DNA of 64,000 nt from Escherichia coli (GTDB lineage Bacteria; Pseudomonadota; Gammaproteobacteria; Enterobacterales; Enterobacteriaceae). Each line of letters begins with the position of its first letter. Positions within the stretch are counted from its first letter, which is position 1. The position numbers and the translations under genes were made by a program. The notes under the pieces were generated by a model. That model was not told where the DNA came from and did no database searches. It saw only the letters and a program-made list of their open reading frames with translations. The DNA lies in assembly GCF_024298765.1 (NCBI RefSeq), contig NZ_CP101210.1; one strand, given 5' to 3'. Shown here piece after piece: positions 9,256 through 19,316 of the stretch.

Positions 9256-9486
9256 ATGAAAAAAATCATAGTTTTTTTTAACTCTGAACCAGCAGTGGTA
9301 GTGTCAGCGATGACTGGAGTTAACACCATCATGCGTGAATATCCAAATGGCGAAAAAACACACCTTACTGTAATGGCCGCAGGGTTTCCATCTCTGACCG
9401 GAGATCATAAAGTCATTTATGTAGCCGCGGATCGACATGTTACTTCAGAAGAAATTCTGGAAGCAGCAATAAGGCTCTTGAGTTGA
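9256..9486 (+). CDS. hypothetical small protein (76 aa)
   Basis: ORF from ATG 9256 (MKKIIVFF...); no recognised motif. Confidence 0.3.
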   Translation: MKKIIVFFNSEPAVVVSAMTGVNTIMREYPNGEKTHLTVMAAGFPSLTGDHKVIYVAADRHVTSEEILEAAIRLLS

Positions 9487-9654
9487 TTTGATGCTATTGC
9501 ATTGATAATTCAGGAAAATTCTCTTTGTCTGTTTGTGTAAAATTTAGACTATCGTATGTTGATTATTGCGATGTTTCATCTTATCTTTTACACGTTTGCA
9601 CCATATAATCGACTTACTGTGTAACTGGAAAGTCATAACAGACTAAAAGAGGAA

Positions 9655-9831
9655 ATGATGAATATTGAAGACTTAAAAACAAAAGCAGAAGCAGATATTT
9701 CTGAATATATAACAAAAAAAATTATTGAACTTAAGAAAAAGACCGGGAAAGAAGTTACCAGTATTCAGTTTACCGCACGGGAAAAAATGACGGGTCTTGA
9801 AAGCTATGATGTCAAGATTAATTTAATCTGA
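9655..9831 (+). CDS. gnsB: GnsB-like small protein
   Basis: Translation MMNIEDLKTKAEADISEYITKKIIELKKKTGKEVTSIQFTAREKMTGLESYDVKINLI resembles GnsA/GnsB; AAAAGAGG ahead of the ATG. Below the ORF-track length cutoff. Confidence 0.65.
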   Translation: MMNIEDLKTKAEADISEYITKKIIELKKKTGKEVTSIQFTAREKMTGLESYDVKINLI

Positions 9832-9982
9832 TGTATTCAATAATAAAGTTTATCCATAAACCTCGTTTTTACGGGGTTTTGTTATATTTGAATGGTTCCG
9901 AATATCTAAATCACAATTGTTGATGGTTTTTATTAAACCAATGCAGTCCGGCTCAGGAGTGAGAGAAGCCGGACGTTATGGT

Positions 9983-10507
9983 TTAGCGTGGTAAGATCTG
10001 TGTAGTTTTCTGGATGCTTTCAGTAAATAGTAATGAGTTATCAAAGGCATAGTAATATCTTTGGTGTTCCTGGATATTTGTAACCCATCGGAAAACTCCT
10101 GCTTTAGCAAGATTTTCCCTGTATTGTTGAAATGTGATTTCTTTTGATTTCAACTTATTATAGGAGGTCTCTATAAGATGTTTGTTTCTGGAGAATTTAA
10201 CATTTACAACCTTTTTGAGTCCTTTTACTAACACTATGTTGTCGTTTTCTAACACAATGTGAATATTATCTGTGGCTAAATAGTAAATATAAAGTGAGAC
10301 ATTGTGACGTTTTAGCTCAGAATAAAATAATTCACAGTTTAAATCTTTACGCACTTGATCGAATATTTCTTTAAAAATGGCAGCCTGAGCCATTGGTAAA
10401 CCTTCCATGTGATACGATGGCGCGTAGTTTGCGTAACAAAGTTGAGCCTTGCTGGCATCCAGGAGGGATATGCAACCGACAGATGTATGTAAGGTCGATG
10501 TACTCAA
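9983..10507 (-). CDS. ydfO: YdfO-like protein (DUF1398 family, as recalled)
   Basis: ORF at the Qin ydfO position; true start may be an internal Met (near 10408 or 10393). Confidence 0.45.
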   Translation of the reverse strand: MSTSTLHTSVGCISLLDASKAQLCYANYAPSYHMEGLPMAQAAIFKEIFDQVRKDLNCELFYSELKRHNVSLYIYYLATDNIHIVLENDNIVLVKGLKKVVNVKFSRNKHLIETSYNKLKSKEITFQQYRENLAKAGVFRWVTNIQEHQRYYYAFDNSLLFTESIQKTTQILPR

Positions 10508-10593
10508 ACTTTCATACTTTTCCTCTTTTATGCAGAAAGATTTGAAGTAATATTTTAACCGCTAGATGACGAGCAAACGCATGGAGCGACAAA

Positions 10594-10800
10594 ATGAATA
10601 AAGAACAATCTGCTGATGAACTCTCGTTGGATCTGATTCGTGTAAAAAATATGCTTAATAGCACCATTTCTATGAGTTACCCGGATGTTGTAATCGCATG
10701 TATAGAACATCAGGTGTCTCTGGAAGCATTCAGGGCAATTGAGGCAGCGTTGGTGAAGCACGATAAGAATTCGAAGGATTATTCCCTGGTGGTTGACTGA
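10594..10800 (+). CDS. hypothetical small protein (68 aa)
   Basis: Track ORF upstream of the packaging genes; possibly ynfO-like but not recognised with confidence. Confidence 0.3.
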   Translation: MNKEQSADELSLDLIRVKNMLNSTISMSYPDVVIACIEHQVSLEAFRAIEAALVKHDKNSKDYSLVVD

Positions 10801-11139
10801 GCACCATAACTGCTAATCATTCAAACTATTTAACCTGTGACAGAGTCAATGTCGCATTCTGTCACTGTCAGGCTAATACAGAGCTGCAATTCAACTACTG
10901 CAATGTCCTCGTAATTAGGTGAATTTACATATCGTCCTGTTCGGATGCCGGCTGCATTGCTGAAGATGAGGCATTTATGGTTCGCATATTTTCCCCTCAT
11001 GCTCGTCAGTCCTGTGCGTAGGAAGAAACAGGACACTCACACTAATTTGTGTGGGCATGCTGTGATGTCCTTCTGAATTATTCCTATGCCATTATGTAAA
11101 GCGCTGTATCAGATGCTCGTCACGGCTGTCAGGCTGTCG

Positions 11140-11235
11140 GGTCCTCCCGGTGGGGGCCCCTGCCACGGGGCGGGAGCGTCGCGGAAAAAGGCTAGTTTTT
11201 GAAATTTCATTCGTCATCACCACTACTGTAATAGA
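11140..11235. promoter_or_regulatory. candidate cos site (cosN/cosB-like)
   Basis: ACGGGGCGGGAGCGTCGCGGAAAAAGG...TTTCATTCGTCATCAC closely resembles lambda cos (ACGGGGCGGCGACCTCGCGGGTTTTCGC...TTCGTCATAAC, from memory), just upstream of the terminase small subunit. Confidence 0.45.
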
Positions 11236-11353
11236 TTGATATTACAGTGTTTTTATTTTTGTGGTGTCGATTTTGATTGTTTTTTGTTCATCACTAACAC
11301 CGTTTGCCTAAAGTTGTTCGCAAGATGCATGTTTAAAACATTCTGGAGCGGGT

Positions 11354-11848
11354 ATGGATCGAGAGTTAAAAAATCTGACGCTGAATATCAGTCAACTGGC
11401 GGCACTGTCAGGTGTACATCGCCAGACTGCTGCGGCAAGGCTGCAAAATCTACCCGTTGCAGGGGGGCATGAAAGCAACCTCAAGCTTTATCGGGTGGTT
11501 GATATTGTGTCGGCATTTCTGGCATTACCACCGCCGGTTGCAGAAAGCGAAATGGATGCGCATGAGCGCAAAGCCTGGTATCAGTCTGAACGTGAGCGTC
11601 TTAAGTTCGAACAGGAAACGGCACAACTCATTCCGGCCAGTGATGTCAGACGGGAGTTTGCCATCTGGGCAAAAGCGGTCGTGCAGGTGCTGGAGACATT
11701 ACCGGATATTCTTGAACGTGACTGCGGTCTGCAGCCTGCCGCTGTGAGCCGTGTTCAGTCCATTATTGATGATCTGCGCGATCAGATAGCCCTGCGGGTG
11801 ACTGAAGCAGGTGCGGATGATGAGGAGGAATTACAGCAGGAGGAGTAA
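11354..11848 (+). CDS. nohA: terminase small subunit (Nu1-like DNA-packaging protein)
   Basis: 164 aa with an N-terminal HTH-like segment, immediately upstream of and overlapping (TAATG) the large terminase gene. Confidence 0.6.
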   Translation: MDRELKNLTLNISQLAALSGVHRQTAAARLQNLPVAGGHESNLKLYRVVDIVSAFLALPPPVAESEMDAHERKAWYQSERERLKFEQETAQLIPASDVRREFAIWAKAVVQVLETLPDILERDCGLQPAAVSRVQSIIDDLRDQIALRVTEAGADDEEELQQEE

Positions 11849-13950
11849 TGCTGAATCAGGAAACCGCAAAGGCAGCACGAACCGATTCAGGTTATATCCT
11901 TCGCGCACCGAGACGAATGCGGGTTGCTGATGCCGTTGCTCAGTATATGCGGGTGCCCCTGGGGGCAGGGAACTCAGTCCCGTGGGATCCGCTGGTGGCA
12001 CCGTATGTTATTGAGCCGATGAACTGCCTGGCCTCGCGTGAATACGACGCAGTGATATTTGTTGGCCCGGCACGAACCGGCAAGACTATCGGCCTGATTG
12101 ACGGCTGGGTGATTTACAACGTGATTTGCGATCCTGCTGATATGCTGATCATTCAGATGACGGAGGAAAAAGCCCGCGAACACTCCAAAAAACGACTCGC
12201 CAGAACGTTTCGCGTCAGCCCGGAAGTGGTCAGTCGCCTGAGTCCGAACAAAAATGACAACAACGTTTATGACAGAACATTCCTTGCTGGTAACTACCTG
12301 AAAATCGGCTGGCCGTCAGTCAATATCATGTCCTCATCAGATTATAAATGCGTCGCGCTGACGGATTATGACCGTTTTCCGGAAGATATTGATGGCGAGG
12401 GGGATGCTTTCTCTCTTGCCTCAAAACGTACCACAACATTTATGTCCAGTGGTATGACGCTGGTGGAGAGTTCCCCCGGCAGGGATGTGAAGGATGTGAA
12501 ATGGCGACGGACTTCACCGCATGAGGCTCCACCAACCACGGGGATACTGTCGCTCTATAACCGTGGTGATCGCCGTCGCTGGTACTGGCCCTGTCCATAC
12601 TGTGGTGAGTATTTTCAGCCCTGCGGCGATGTGGTTGCTGGTTTCCGTGATATTGCCGATCCCGTGCTGGCAAGTGAGGCGGCTTATATTCAGTGTCCTT
12701 CCTGTTCAGGACGGATTATGCCTGAACAAAAACGTGAGCTGAACGGACGTGGGGTCTGGTTGCGGGATGGTGAATCCATCAATGCGGATGGCAGTCGTTA
12801 TGGTGATCCCCGACGCTCACGTATTGCGTCATTCTGGATGGAGGGGCCGGCAGCTGCTTACCAGACACTCTCGCAACTCGTTTACAAACTGCTTACTGCA
12901 GAACAGGAATACGAGACAACCGGAAGTGAAGAAACACTCAAGACGGTTATCAATACCGACTGGGGATTACCTTATCTTCCCCGCGCCAGCATGGAGCAAC
13001 GAAAAAGTGAACTGCTTGAGCAGCGGGCAGAGCCAGTTCCTTCCCGCAGTGTGCCGGATGGCGTTAATTTCCTTGTGGCGACAGTGGATGTGCAGGCGGG
13101 ACGTCATCGCCGTTTTGTGGTTCAGGTAACGGGCTATGGCAGCCGTGGCGAACGCTGGATTATTGATCGTTACAACATCACGCAGTCATTGCGCGGTGAC
13201 AGCGACGGGGAGAGCCAGCGAATTGATCCGGCCAGCTATCCGGAAGACTGGGATGTCCTGCTGACGGATGTTTTTCATAAAAGCTGGCCGCTGGCCTCCG
13301 ATCCTTCTCAACAAATGCGACTGATGGCAATGGCGGTGGACTCCGGCGGTGAAGACGGGGTCACTGATAATGCCTATAAATTCTGGCGTCGTTGCCGTCG
13401 TGATGGCCTTGGTAAACGTATTTACCTGTTTAAGGGCGACAGCATCCGGCGCGCAAAACTGATCACCCGTACATTCCCTGATAACACCGGACGAACGGGC
13501 CGACGGGCGCAGGCCGCAGGTGATGTGCCGCTCTGGCTTCTTCAGACGGATGCACTGAAAGACCGGGTGAATAACGCGTTATGGCGTGACTCGCCAGGTC
13601 CCGGCTATGTGCATTTCCCTGACTGGCTGGGGAGCTGGTTTTACGACGAACTGACGTATGAAGAGCGGAGCAGTGACGGGAAATGGAGTAAGCCAGGTCG
13701 CGGTGCCAACGAAGCTTTTGACCTGATGGTGTATGCCGAGGCTCTGGTCATTCTGCATGGATACGAAAAGATCCGCTGGCCGGATGCACCGGAGTGGGCG
13801 AGCCGGGAAACCTGGCTGGAGTGTGTCCCGGACAGTACCGAACCGTCACCCACACCGGAACCGGTATCCACGCCTGTTAAAAAACAAAAACGGAAGAAAA
13901 CAGTAACTGACGATGTTAACCCCTGGCTGACTTCCGGAGGATGGTTATGA
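11848..13950 (+). CDS. terminase large subunit (lambda gpA-like)
   Basis: 700 aa; Walker A-like VGPARTGKT; position between Nu1-like and gpW/portal genes. Confidence 0.8.
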   Translation: MLNQETAKAARTDSGYILRAPRRMRVADAVAQYMRVPLGAGNSVPWDPLVAPYVIEPMNCLASREYDAVIFVGPARTGKTIGLIDGWVIYNVICDPADMLIIQMTEEKAREHSKKRLARTFRVSPEVVSRLSPNKNDNNVYDRTFLAGNYLKIGWPSVNIMSSSDYKCVALTDYDRFPEDIDGEGDAFSLASKRTTTFMSSGMTLVESSPGRDVKDVKWRRTSPHEAPPTTGILSLYNRGDRRRWYWPCPYCGEYFQPCGDVVAGFRDIADPVLASEAAYIQCPSCSGRIMPEQKRELNGRGVWLRDGESINADGSRYGDPRRSRIASFWMEGPAAAYQTLSQLVYKLLTAEQEYETTGSEETLKTVINTDWGLPYLPRASMEQRKSELLEQRAEPVPSRSVPDGVNFLVATVDVQAGRHRRFVVQVTGYGSRGERWIIDRYNITQSLRGDSDGESQRIDPASYPEDWDVLLTDVFHKSWPLASDPSQQMRLMAMAVDSGGEDGVTDNAYKFWRRCRRDGLGKRIYLFKGDSIRRAKLITRTFPDNTGRTGRRAQAAGDVPLWLLQTDALKDRVNNALWRDSPGPGYVHFPDWLGSWFYDELTYEERSSDGKWSKPGRGANEAFDLMVYAEALVILHGYEKIRWPDAPEWASRETWLECVPDSTEPSPTPEPVSTPVKKQKRKKTVTDDVNPWLTSGGWL

Positions 13951-14159
13951 ATCAGAATGATATTGAAGCCATGATTCAGCGTTATACGGAAGCTGAAATG
14001 GCGGTGCTGGACGGAAAATCCGTCACTTTTAATGGTCAGCAGATGACCATGGAAAACTTATCTGAGATCCGGCAGGGGCGGCAGGAGTGGGAGCGCCGCC
14101 TTGCGGCTCTGATTACACGACGACGGGGGCATCCCGGGTACCGGCTGGCGAGGTTCTGA
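13947..14159 (+). CDS. head-tail joining protein gpW-like
   Basis: About 70 aa between terminase and portal; GGAGG upstream. Confidence 0.55.
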   Translation: MNQNDIEAMIQRYTEAEMAVLDGKSVTFNGQQMTMENLSEIRQGRQEWERRLAALITRRRGHPGYRLARF

Positions 14160-15667
14160 TGGCAATTCTTGATGATGTGATTGGCGTTTTTTCACCAGGA
14201 TGGAAAGCGGCAAGGCTGCGTTCCCGAGCGGTGATCCAGGCTTATGAGGCCGTAAAAACGACGCGGACACACAAAGCCCGACGGGAGAACCGAACTGCCG
14301 ACCAGTTAAGCCAGTACGGGGCCGTGTCGTTACGTGAGCAGGCCCGTTACCTTGATAACAACCACGATCTGGTCATTGGTGTATTTGACAAGCTGGAAGA
14401 ACGGGTGGTGGGGAAAAACGGGATTATTGTCGAGCCACATCCGGTATTACGCAATGGTGCCATTGCCCGTGACTTGGCAGCGGAGATACGTACCCGATGG
14501 AGTGAATGGTCTGTCAGTCCGGAAGTCACCGGGCAGTTTACCCGTCCGATGCTGGAACGTCTGATGCTGCGTACCTGGCTGCGCGATGGTGAGGTGTTTG
14601 CCCAGATGGTTTCCGGGCGCATAAACAGCCTGACGCCTTCTGCCGGTGTTCATTTCTGGCTGGAGGCGCTCGAGCCGGACTTTATTCCCATGACCAGTGA
14701 TGAGAGCAACAGGCTGAATCAGGGCGTGTTTGTTGATGACTGGGGGCGTCCCGAAAAATATCTGGTGTATAAAAGTCGTCCTGTATCCGGACGGCAGATG
14801 GAAACCAAAGAAGTGGATGCAGAGCGAATGCTGCATCTTAAATTTGTTCGCCGTCTGCACCAGATGCGCGGGACGTCTTTATTGTCCGGTGTGCTGATCC
14901 GCCTCAGCGCCCTGAAAGAGTATGAAGATTCTGAGCTGACTGCAGCAAGGATCGCCGCTGCTCTGGGGATGTACATCCGGAAAGGCGACGGACAGAGCTA
15001 TGAAACGGATGGTAATGACAGCAAGGAGAATGAACGCGAGCTTACCATTCAGCCAGGCATTATTTACGACGATCTGAAACCCGGCGAAGAAATCGGAATG
15101 GTGAAGTCGGATCGTCCCAATCCTAACCTTGAAACTTTTCGTAATGGTCAGTTGCGTGCCGTGGCGGCGGGCAGTCGTCTGAGTTTTTCCAGTACGGCAC
15201 GCAACTATAACGGCACTTACAGCGCCCAGCGTCAGGAACTGGTTGAGTCTACTGATGGCTACCTGATCCTGCAGGACTGGTTTATTGGTGCCGTCACCCG
15301 CCCGATGTATCGTGCATGGCTGAAACAGGCTGTGGCATCCGGTGTTATCAGGCTACCCCGCGATCTTGACCGTTCTTCACTGTATACCGCGGTGTATTCC
15401 GGACCAGTGATGCCGTGGATTGACCCTGTTAAGGAGGCTGAGGCCTGGAAAATCCAGATTCGTGGTGGAGCGGCGACAGAATCAGACTGGGTACGTGCTG
15501 GTGGTCGTAATCCGGATGATGTCAAACGTCGGCGCAAGGCCGAAATTGATGAAAACCGCAAGCTGGATCTGGTATTTGATACCGATCCGGCCAGTGATAA
15601 AGGAGGCAGCAGTGCCGCAACGAAACGACAGGAGCCGCAGCACACCGACGACCAGTCCGAAGAATAA
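14159..15667 (+). CDS. portal protein (lambda gpB-like)
   Basis: About 502 aa from the ATG that overlaps the gpW stop; position and size as lambda B. Confidence 0.7.
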   Translation: MAILDDVIGVFSPGWKAARLRSRAVIQAYEAVKTTRTHKARRENRTADQLSQYGAVSLREQARYLDNNHDLVIGVFDKLEERVVGKNGIIVEPHPVLRNGAIARDLAAEIRTRWSEWSVSPEVTGQFTRPMLERLMLRTWLRDGEVFAQMVSGRINSLTPSAGVHFWLEALEPDFIPMTSDESNRLNQGVFVDDWGRPEKYLVYKSRPVSGRQMETKEVDAERMLHLKFVRRLHQMRGTSLLSGVLIRLSALKEYEDSELTAARIAAALGMYIRKGDGQSYETDGNDSKENERELTIQPGIIYDDLKPGEEIGMVKSDRPNPNLETFRNGQLRAVAAGSRLSFSSTARNYNGTYSAQRQELVESTDGYLILQDWFIGAVTRPMYRAWLKQAVASGVIRLPRDLDRSSLYTAVYSGPVMPWIDPVKEAEAWKIQIRGGAATESDWVRAGGRNPDDVKRRRKAEIDENRKLDLVFDTDPASDKGGSSAATKRQEPQHTDDQSEE

Positions 15668-15680
15668 TTCCTGGTTCAGG

Positions 15681-17639
15681 ATGCAGGCTGGTCACCAGAG
15701 TGACGCGGATATTTATATTTATGACGAGATTGGTTTCTGGGGTGTTACAGCGAAGCAGTTTATCAGTGATCTGAATGCACTGGGCGATATCACCCACATT
15801 AATCTCCATATTAATTCACCGGGTGGCGATGTCTTTGAAGGCATCGCCATTTTTAATGCGCTGAAAACACATGGAGCGTCCATTACCGTTTATGTCGACG
15901 GTGTGGCGGCGTCAATGGCGTCGGTCATTGCGATGGTGGGAAACCCGGTCATTATGCCGGAAAACACTTTCATGATGATTCATAAACCATTTGGCTTTAC
16001 GGGCGGTGATGCGGAGGACATGCGCACCTATGCCGACCTGCTCGATAAAGTTGAGGCGGTTCTGTTACCCGCTTATGCACAGAAAACCGGGAAAACCACC
16101 GATGAAATTGCTGCCATGCTGGCGGATGAGACCTGGATGTCCGGTGCCGAATGTCTGGCACATGGATTTGCTGATCAGGTAACGCCAGCCGTTAAGGCAA
16201 TGGCATGTATTCAGTCAAAACGTACAGAGGAATTTAAAAAGATGCCGGAATCCATTCGAAACATGATTACTCCGCCACGCAACAGTGCTCCACGCGTACA
16301 GGATGATGAACCTGCAGCCTCCCGGACGCCAGTGCAGGCAGCAGCACCCGTGGTGGATGAAAACAGTATCCGTGCGCAGGTACTGGCAGAGCAAAAAGCG
16401 CGTGTAAACGGTATTAATGATCTGTTTGCCATGTTTGGCGGGCGTTATCAGACGCTGCAGGCTCAGTGTCTTGCCGATCCTGAATGTTCGCTGGAGCAGG
16501 CCCGCGAAAAGCTGTTGAACGAGATGGGGCGCGAGTCCACGCCATCCAATAAAAATACCCCGGCTCATATTTATGCCGGTAACGGTAATTTTGTGGGGGA
16601 CGGGATCCGCCAGGCGCTGATGGCGCGTGCCGGATTTGAAAAAACCGAACGTGATAATGTCTACAACGGGATGACCCTGCGTGAATATGCCCGTATGTCA
16701 CTGACTGAACGGGGTATTGGGGTTTCCAGTTATAACCCGATGCAGATGGTCGGTGCGGCGTTCACACACAGTACGTCTGACTTCGGTAATATTCTGCTGG
16801 ATGTTGCGAACAAAGCCATTCTGCAGGGCTGGGAAGATGCTCCTGAAACCTATGAACAGTGGACGCGGAAAGGTCAGTTGTCTGATTTTAAAATTGCCCA
16901 TCGTGTGGGTATGGGGGGCTTCAGTGCTCTGCGTCAGGTGCGTGAAGGGGCGGAATATAAATACGTCACCACCGGAGATAAACAGGCCACTATTGCACTG
17001 GCGACCTATGGCGAGCTGTTCAGTATCACCCGTCAGGCCATTATCAATGATGATCTGAATATGCTGACCGATGTCCCGATGAAGCTGGGCCGTGCGGCGA
17101 AATCCACCATTGCCGATCTGGTTTATGCCATTCTGACGTCTAACCCGAAAATCTCCACAGATAATGTAAGTCTGTTCGATAAAGCGAAACATGCAAACGT
17201 ACTGGAGAGCGCTGCAATGGACGTGGCATCGCTGGATAAAGCCCGCCAGTTGATGCGCGTTCAGAAAGAGGGGGAGCGTCATCTGAATATTCGTCCTGCG
17301 TTCGTACTGGTACCGACGGCGATGGAGTCTGTTGCTAACCAGGTCATTCGCTCCTCAAGTGTCAAGGGGGCTGACATTAACGCCGGTATTATTAACCCGG
17401 TGAAAGATTTTGCGACCGTTATTGCAGAGCCTCGTCTTGATGATAACAGCCAGACCACCTTCTACCTGGCTGCGTCCAAAGGCTCCGATACGATTGAAGT
17501 GGCTTATCTCAACGGTGTGGATACGCCATATATTGATCAGATGGAGGGCTTCAGTGTGGATGGCGTGACAACGAAAGTGCGTATTGACGCCGGTGTCGCG
17601 CCAGTTGATCACCGCGGTCTGGTGAAATGTACGGCGTAA
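15681..17639 (+). CDS. fused prohead protease (ClpP/S14-like), scaffold-like linker and major capsid protein
   Basis: About 652 aa; N-terminal region has ClpP-like motifs (INSPGGDV..., catalytic-Ser context GVAASMASVIA); C-terminal ~350 aa reads as a major capsid protein. Confidence 0.6.
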   Translation: MQAGHQSDADIYIYDEIGFWGVTAKQFISDLNALGDITHINLHINSPGGDVFEGIAIFNALKTHGASITVYVDGVAASMASVIAMVGNPVIMPENTFMMIHKPFGFTGGDAEDMRTYADLLDKVEAVLLPAYAQKTGKTTDEIAAMLADETWMSGAECLAHGFADQVTPAVKAMACIQSKRTEEFKKMPESIRNMITPPRNSAPRVQDDEPAASRTPVQAAAPVVDENSIRAQVLAEQKARVNGINDLFAMFGGRYQTLQAQCLADPECSLEQAREKLLNEMGRESTPSNKNTPAHIYAGNGNFVGDGIRQALMARAGFEKTERDNVYNGMTLREYARMSLTERGIGVSSYNPMQMVGAAFTHSTSDFGNILLDVANKAILQGWEDAPETYEQWTRKGQLSDFKIAHRVGMGGFSALRQVREGAEYKYVTTGDKQATIALATYGELFSITRQAIINDDLNMLTDVPMKLGRAAKSTIADLVYAILTSNPKISTDNVSLFDKAKHANVLESAAMDVASLDKARQLMRVQKEGERHLNIRPAFVLVPTAMESVANQVIRSSSVKGADINAGIINPVKDFATVIAEPRLDDNSQTTFYLAASKGSDTIEVAYLNGVDTPYIDQMEGFSVDGVTTKVRIDAGVAPVDHRGLVKCTA

Positions 17640-17725
17640 ACGTCGCAGACAACAACTCTGATGGCCCGTAAGGGCTTTTTTTGTACCTGAAATCAGCCTC
17701 TGAACGGGGCTGTGCGGAGACAGTT

Positions 17726-18049
17726 ATGGCAAAGAATTTTGTAGAAGAAGGAAAAACGGTGGCGATTGTTGCCAGTGCAGCCATCAGCAGCGGAGATCTG
17801 GTGCAGGTGGGTGATGTTTTTGCGGTGGCGCTGACCGATATTCCACAGGGTGAAACAGGCGACGGCATGACCGAAGGTGTGTTTATCCTGCCTAAACTGA
17901 AAACGGATGACATGAAAACGGGTAAGAAGGTTTATCTGAAGTCCGGAAAAGTTCAGCTGACTAACAGCGGCTCTGATCCGCTGGTCGGGGTTGTCTGGGC
18001 AGATGCCGGAACCAGTGCAGAAGAAGTGCCGGTAAAACTCAATGTCTGA
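17726..18049 (+). CDS. small head protein (decoration or head-completion, lambda FI position)
   Basis: 107 aa following the capsid gene; GGAGA ahead of ATG 17726. Confidence 0.4.
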   Translation: MAKNFVEEGKTVAIVASAAISSGDLVQVGDVFAVALTDIPQGETGDGMTEGVFILPKLKTDDMKTGKKVYLKSGKVQLTNSGSDPLVGVVWADAGTSAEEVPVKLNV

Positions 18050-18317
18050 TCCCTTTTCCCGGCTGGCAGCGCGTATGGATGCGATCACGGTCAGAAAGAT
18101 GGGAAAGACAGCCTCGATTAATGATGTCGATATGGCTGTGATCCCGGACGAAACACTTGCAGAGCTGAATGCTCTGTCCGGACCTGCGGTCTCTCTGGTG
18201 GTGTTTTCTTCGGGATACCGCCCACGGCGCGGGGATCGCGTTGTTTATGACGGACAACAATGGACGGTCACACGGCATGAACGTTTTAACGGTAAGCCAA
18301 TGATCTTTATTGAGTAA
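18042..18317 (+). CDS. head-tail connector protein (lambda FII position)
   Basis: 91 aa between head and tail-completion genes. Confidence 0.45.
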   Translation: MSDPFSRLAARMDAITVRKMGKTASINDVDMAVIPDETLAELNALSGPAVSLVVFSSGYRPRRGDRVVYDGQQWTVTRHERFNGKPMIFIE

Positions 18318-18328
18318 AGAGGTGTGGG

Positions 18329-18907
18329 ATGAAGGGGCTTGAGAATGCCATCCGCAATCTGAACAGCCTTGATACCCGTATGGTGCCACAGGCCAGCGCA
18401 TGGGCGATAAACCGTGTGGCACAGAAAGCGGTCTCGGTTGCCACCCGGCAGGTTGCCGGGAATACCGTTGCGGGAGATAACCAGGTGAAAGGGATCCCCC
18501 TGAAACTGGTACGTCAGCGTGTCCGGGTGTTTAAAGCCAGTCCGTCAGGAAAAATGACGGCCAGGATCCGCGTTAACCGGGGCAATCTGCCCGCCATTAA
18601 GCTGGGGACAGCCCGGGTCAGACTGGCCCGGCGTGGTGGAAAACTGCAGTACCGTGGCAGTGTGCTGAAGGTGGGTAAATATCTTTTCCGGGATGCGTTT
18701 ATTCAGCAACTGGCGAATGGTCGCTGGCATGTGATGCGGCGTATTGATGGCAAAAATCGTTACCCCATTGATGTGGTGAAAATCCCGCTTTCCAGACCGC
18801 TGACACAGGCATTTGAAGATGCCCGCGACCGCATCATTGCTGCGGAAATGCCGAAACAGCTGGGGTATGCACTGAAACAACAACTGAGGTTATGGCTGAC
18901 CCGATGA
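18329..18907 (+). CDS. tail completion protein gpZ-like
   Basis: 192 aa, same size and position as lambda Z. Confidence 0.6.
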   Translation: MKGLENAIRNLNSLDTRMVPQASAWAINRVAQKAVSVATRQVAGNTVAGDNQVKGIPLKLVRQRVRVFKASPSGKMTARIRVNRGNLPAIKLGTARVRLARRGGKLQYRGSVLKVGKYLFRDAFIQQLANGRWHVMRRIDGKNRYPIDVVKIPLSRPLTQAFEDARDRIIAAEMPKQLGYALKQQLRLWLTR

Positions 18908-19305
18908 ACCGACATACACAAATCCGCCAGGCCGTACTGGCACGCCTTCGGGAACAGTGTGGAGACAGCGCCACGTTTTTTGACGGGCTTCCGGCATTTA
19001 TTGATGCGCAGGAACTGCCTGCCGTGGCGGTGTGGCTGAGTGATGCTCAGTACACCGGAAAAATGACGGATGAAGATGACTGGCAGGCTGTTCTGCATAT
19101 TGCTGTCTTCATCCGGGCACAGGCACCGGATTCAGAGCTGGATATGTGGATGGAGAGCACCATTTTCCCGGCCCTGAATGATATACCGGCACTTTCCGGA
19201 CTCATCGACACCCTGATCCCTCTCGGTTTTAACTATCAACGTGATAATGAGATGGCCACCTGGGCGATGGCGGAAATCACGTACCAGATCACGTACACGA
19301 ATTAA
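18892..19305 (+). CDS. tail terminator protein gpU-like
   Basis: 137 aa; ...ATFFDGLPAFIDAQELPAVAVWLSDAQYTGKMTDEDDWQAVLHIAVF... resembles lambda U. Confidence 0.75.
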   Translation: MADPMNRHTQIRQAVLARLREQCGDSATFFDGLPAFIDAQELPAVAVWLSDAQYTGKMTDEDDWQAVLHIAVFIRAQAPDSELDMWMESTIFPALNDIPALSGLIDTLIPLGFNYQRDNEMATWAMAEITYQITYTN

Positions 19306-19316
19306 AGGAGGTGGCA

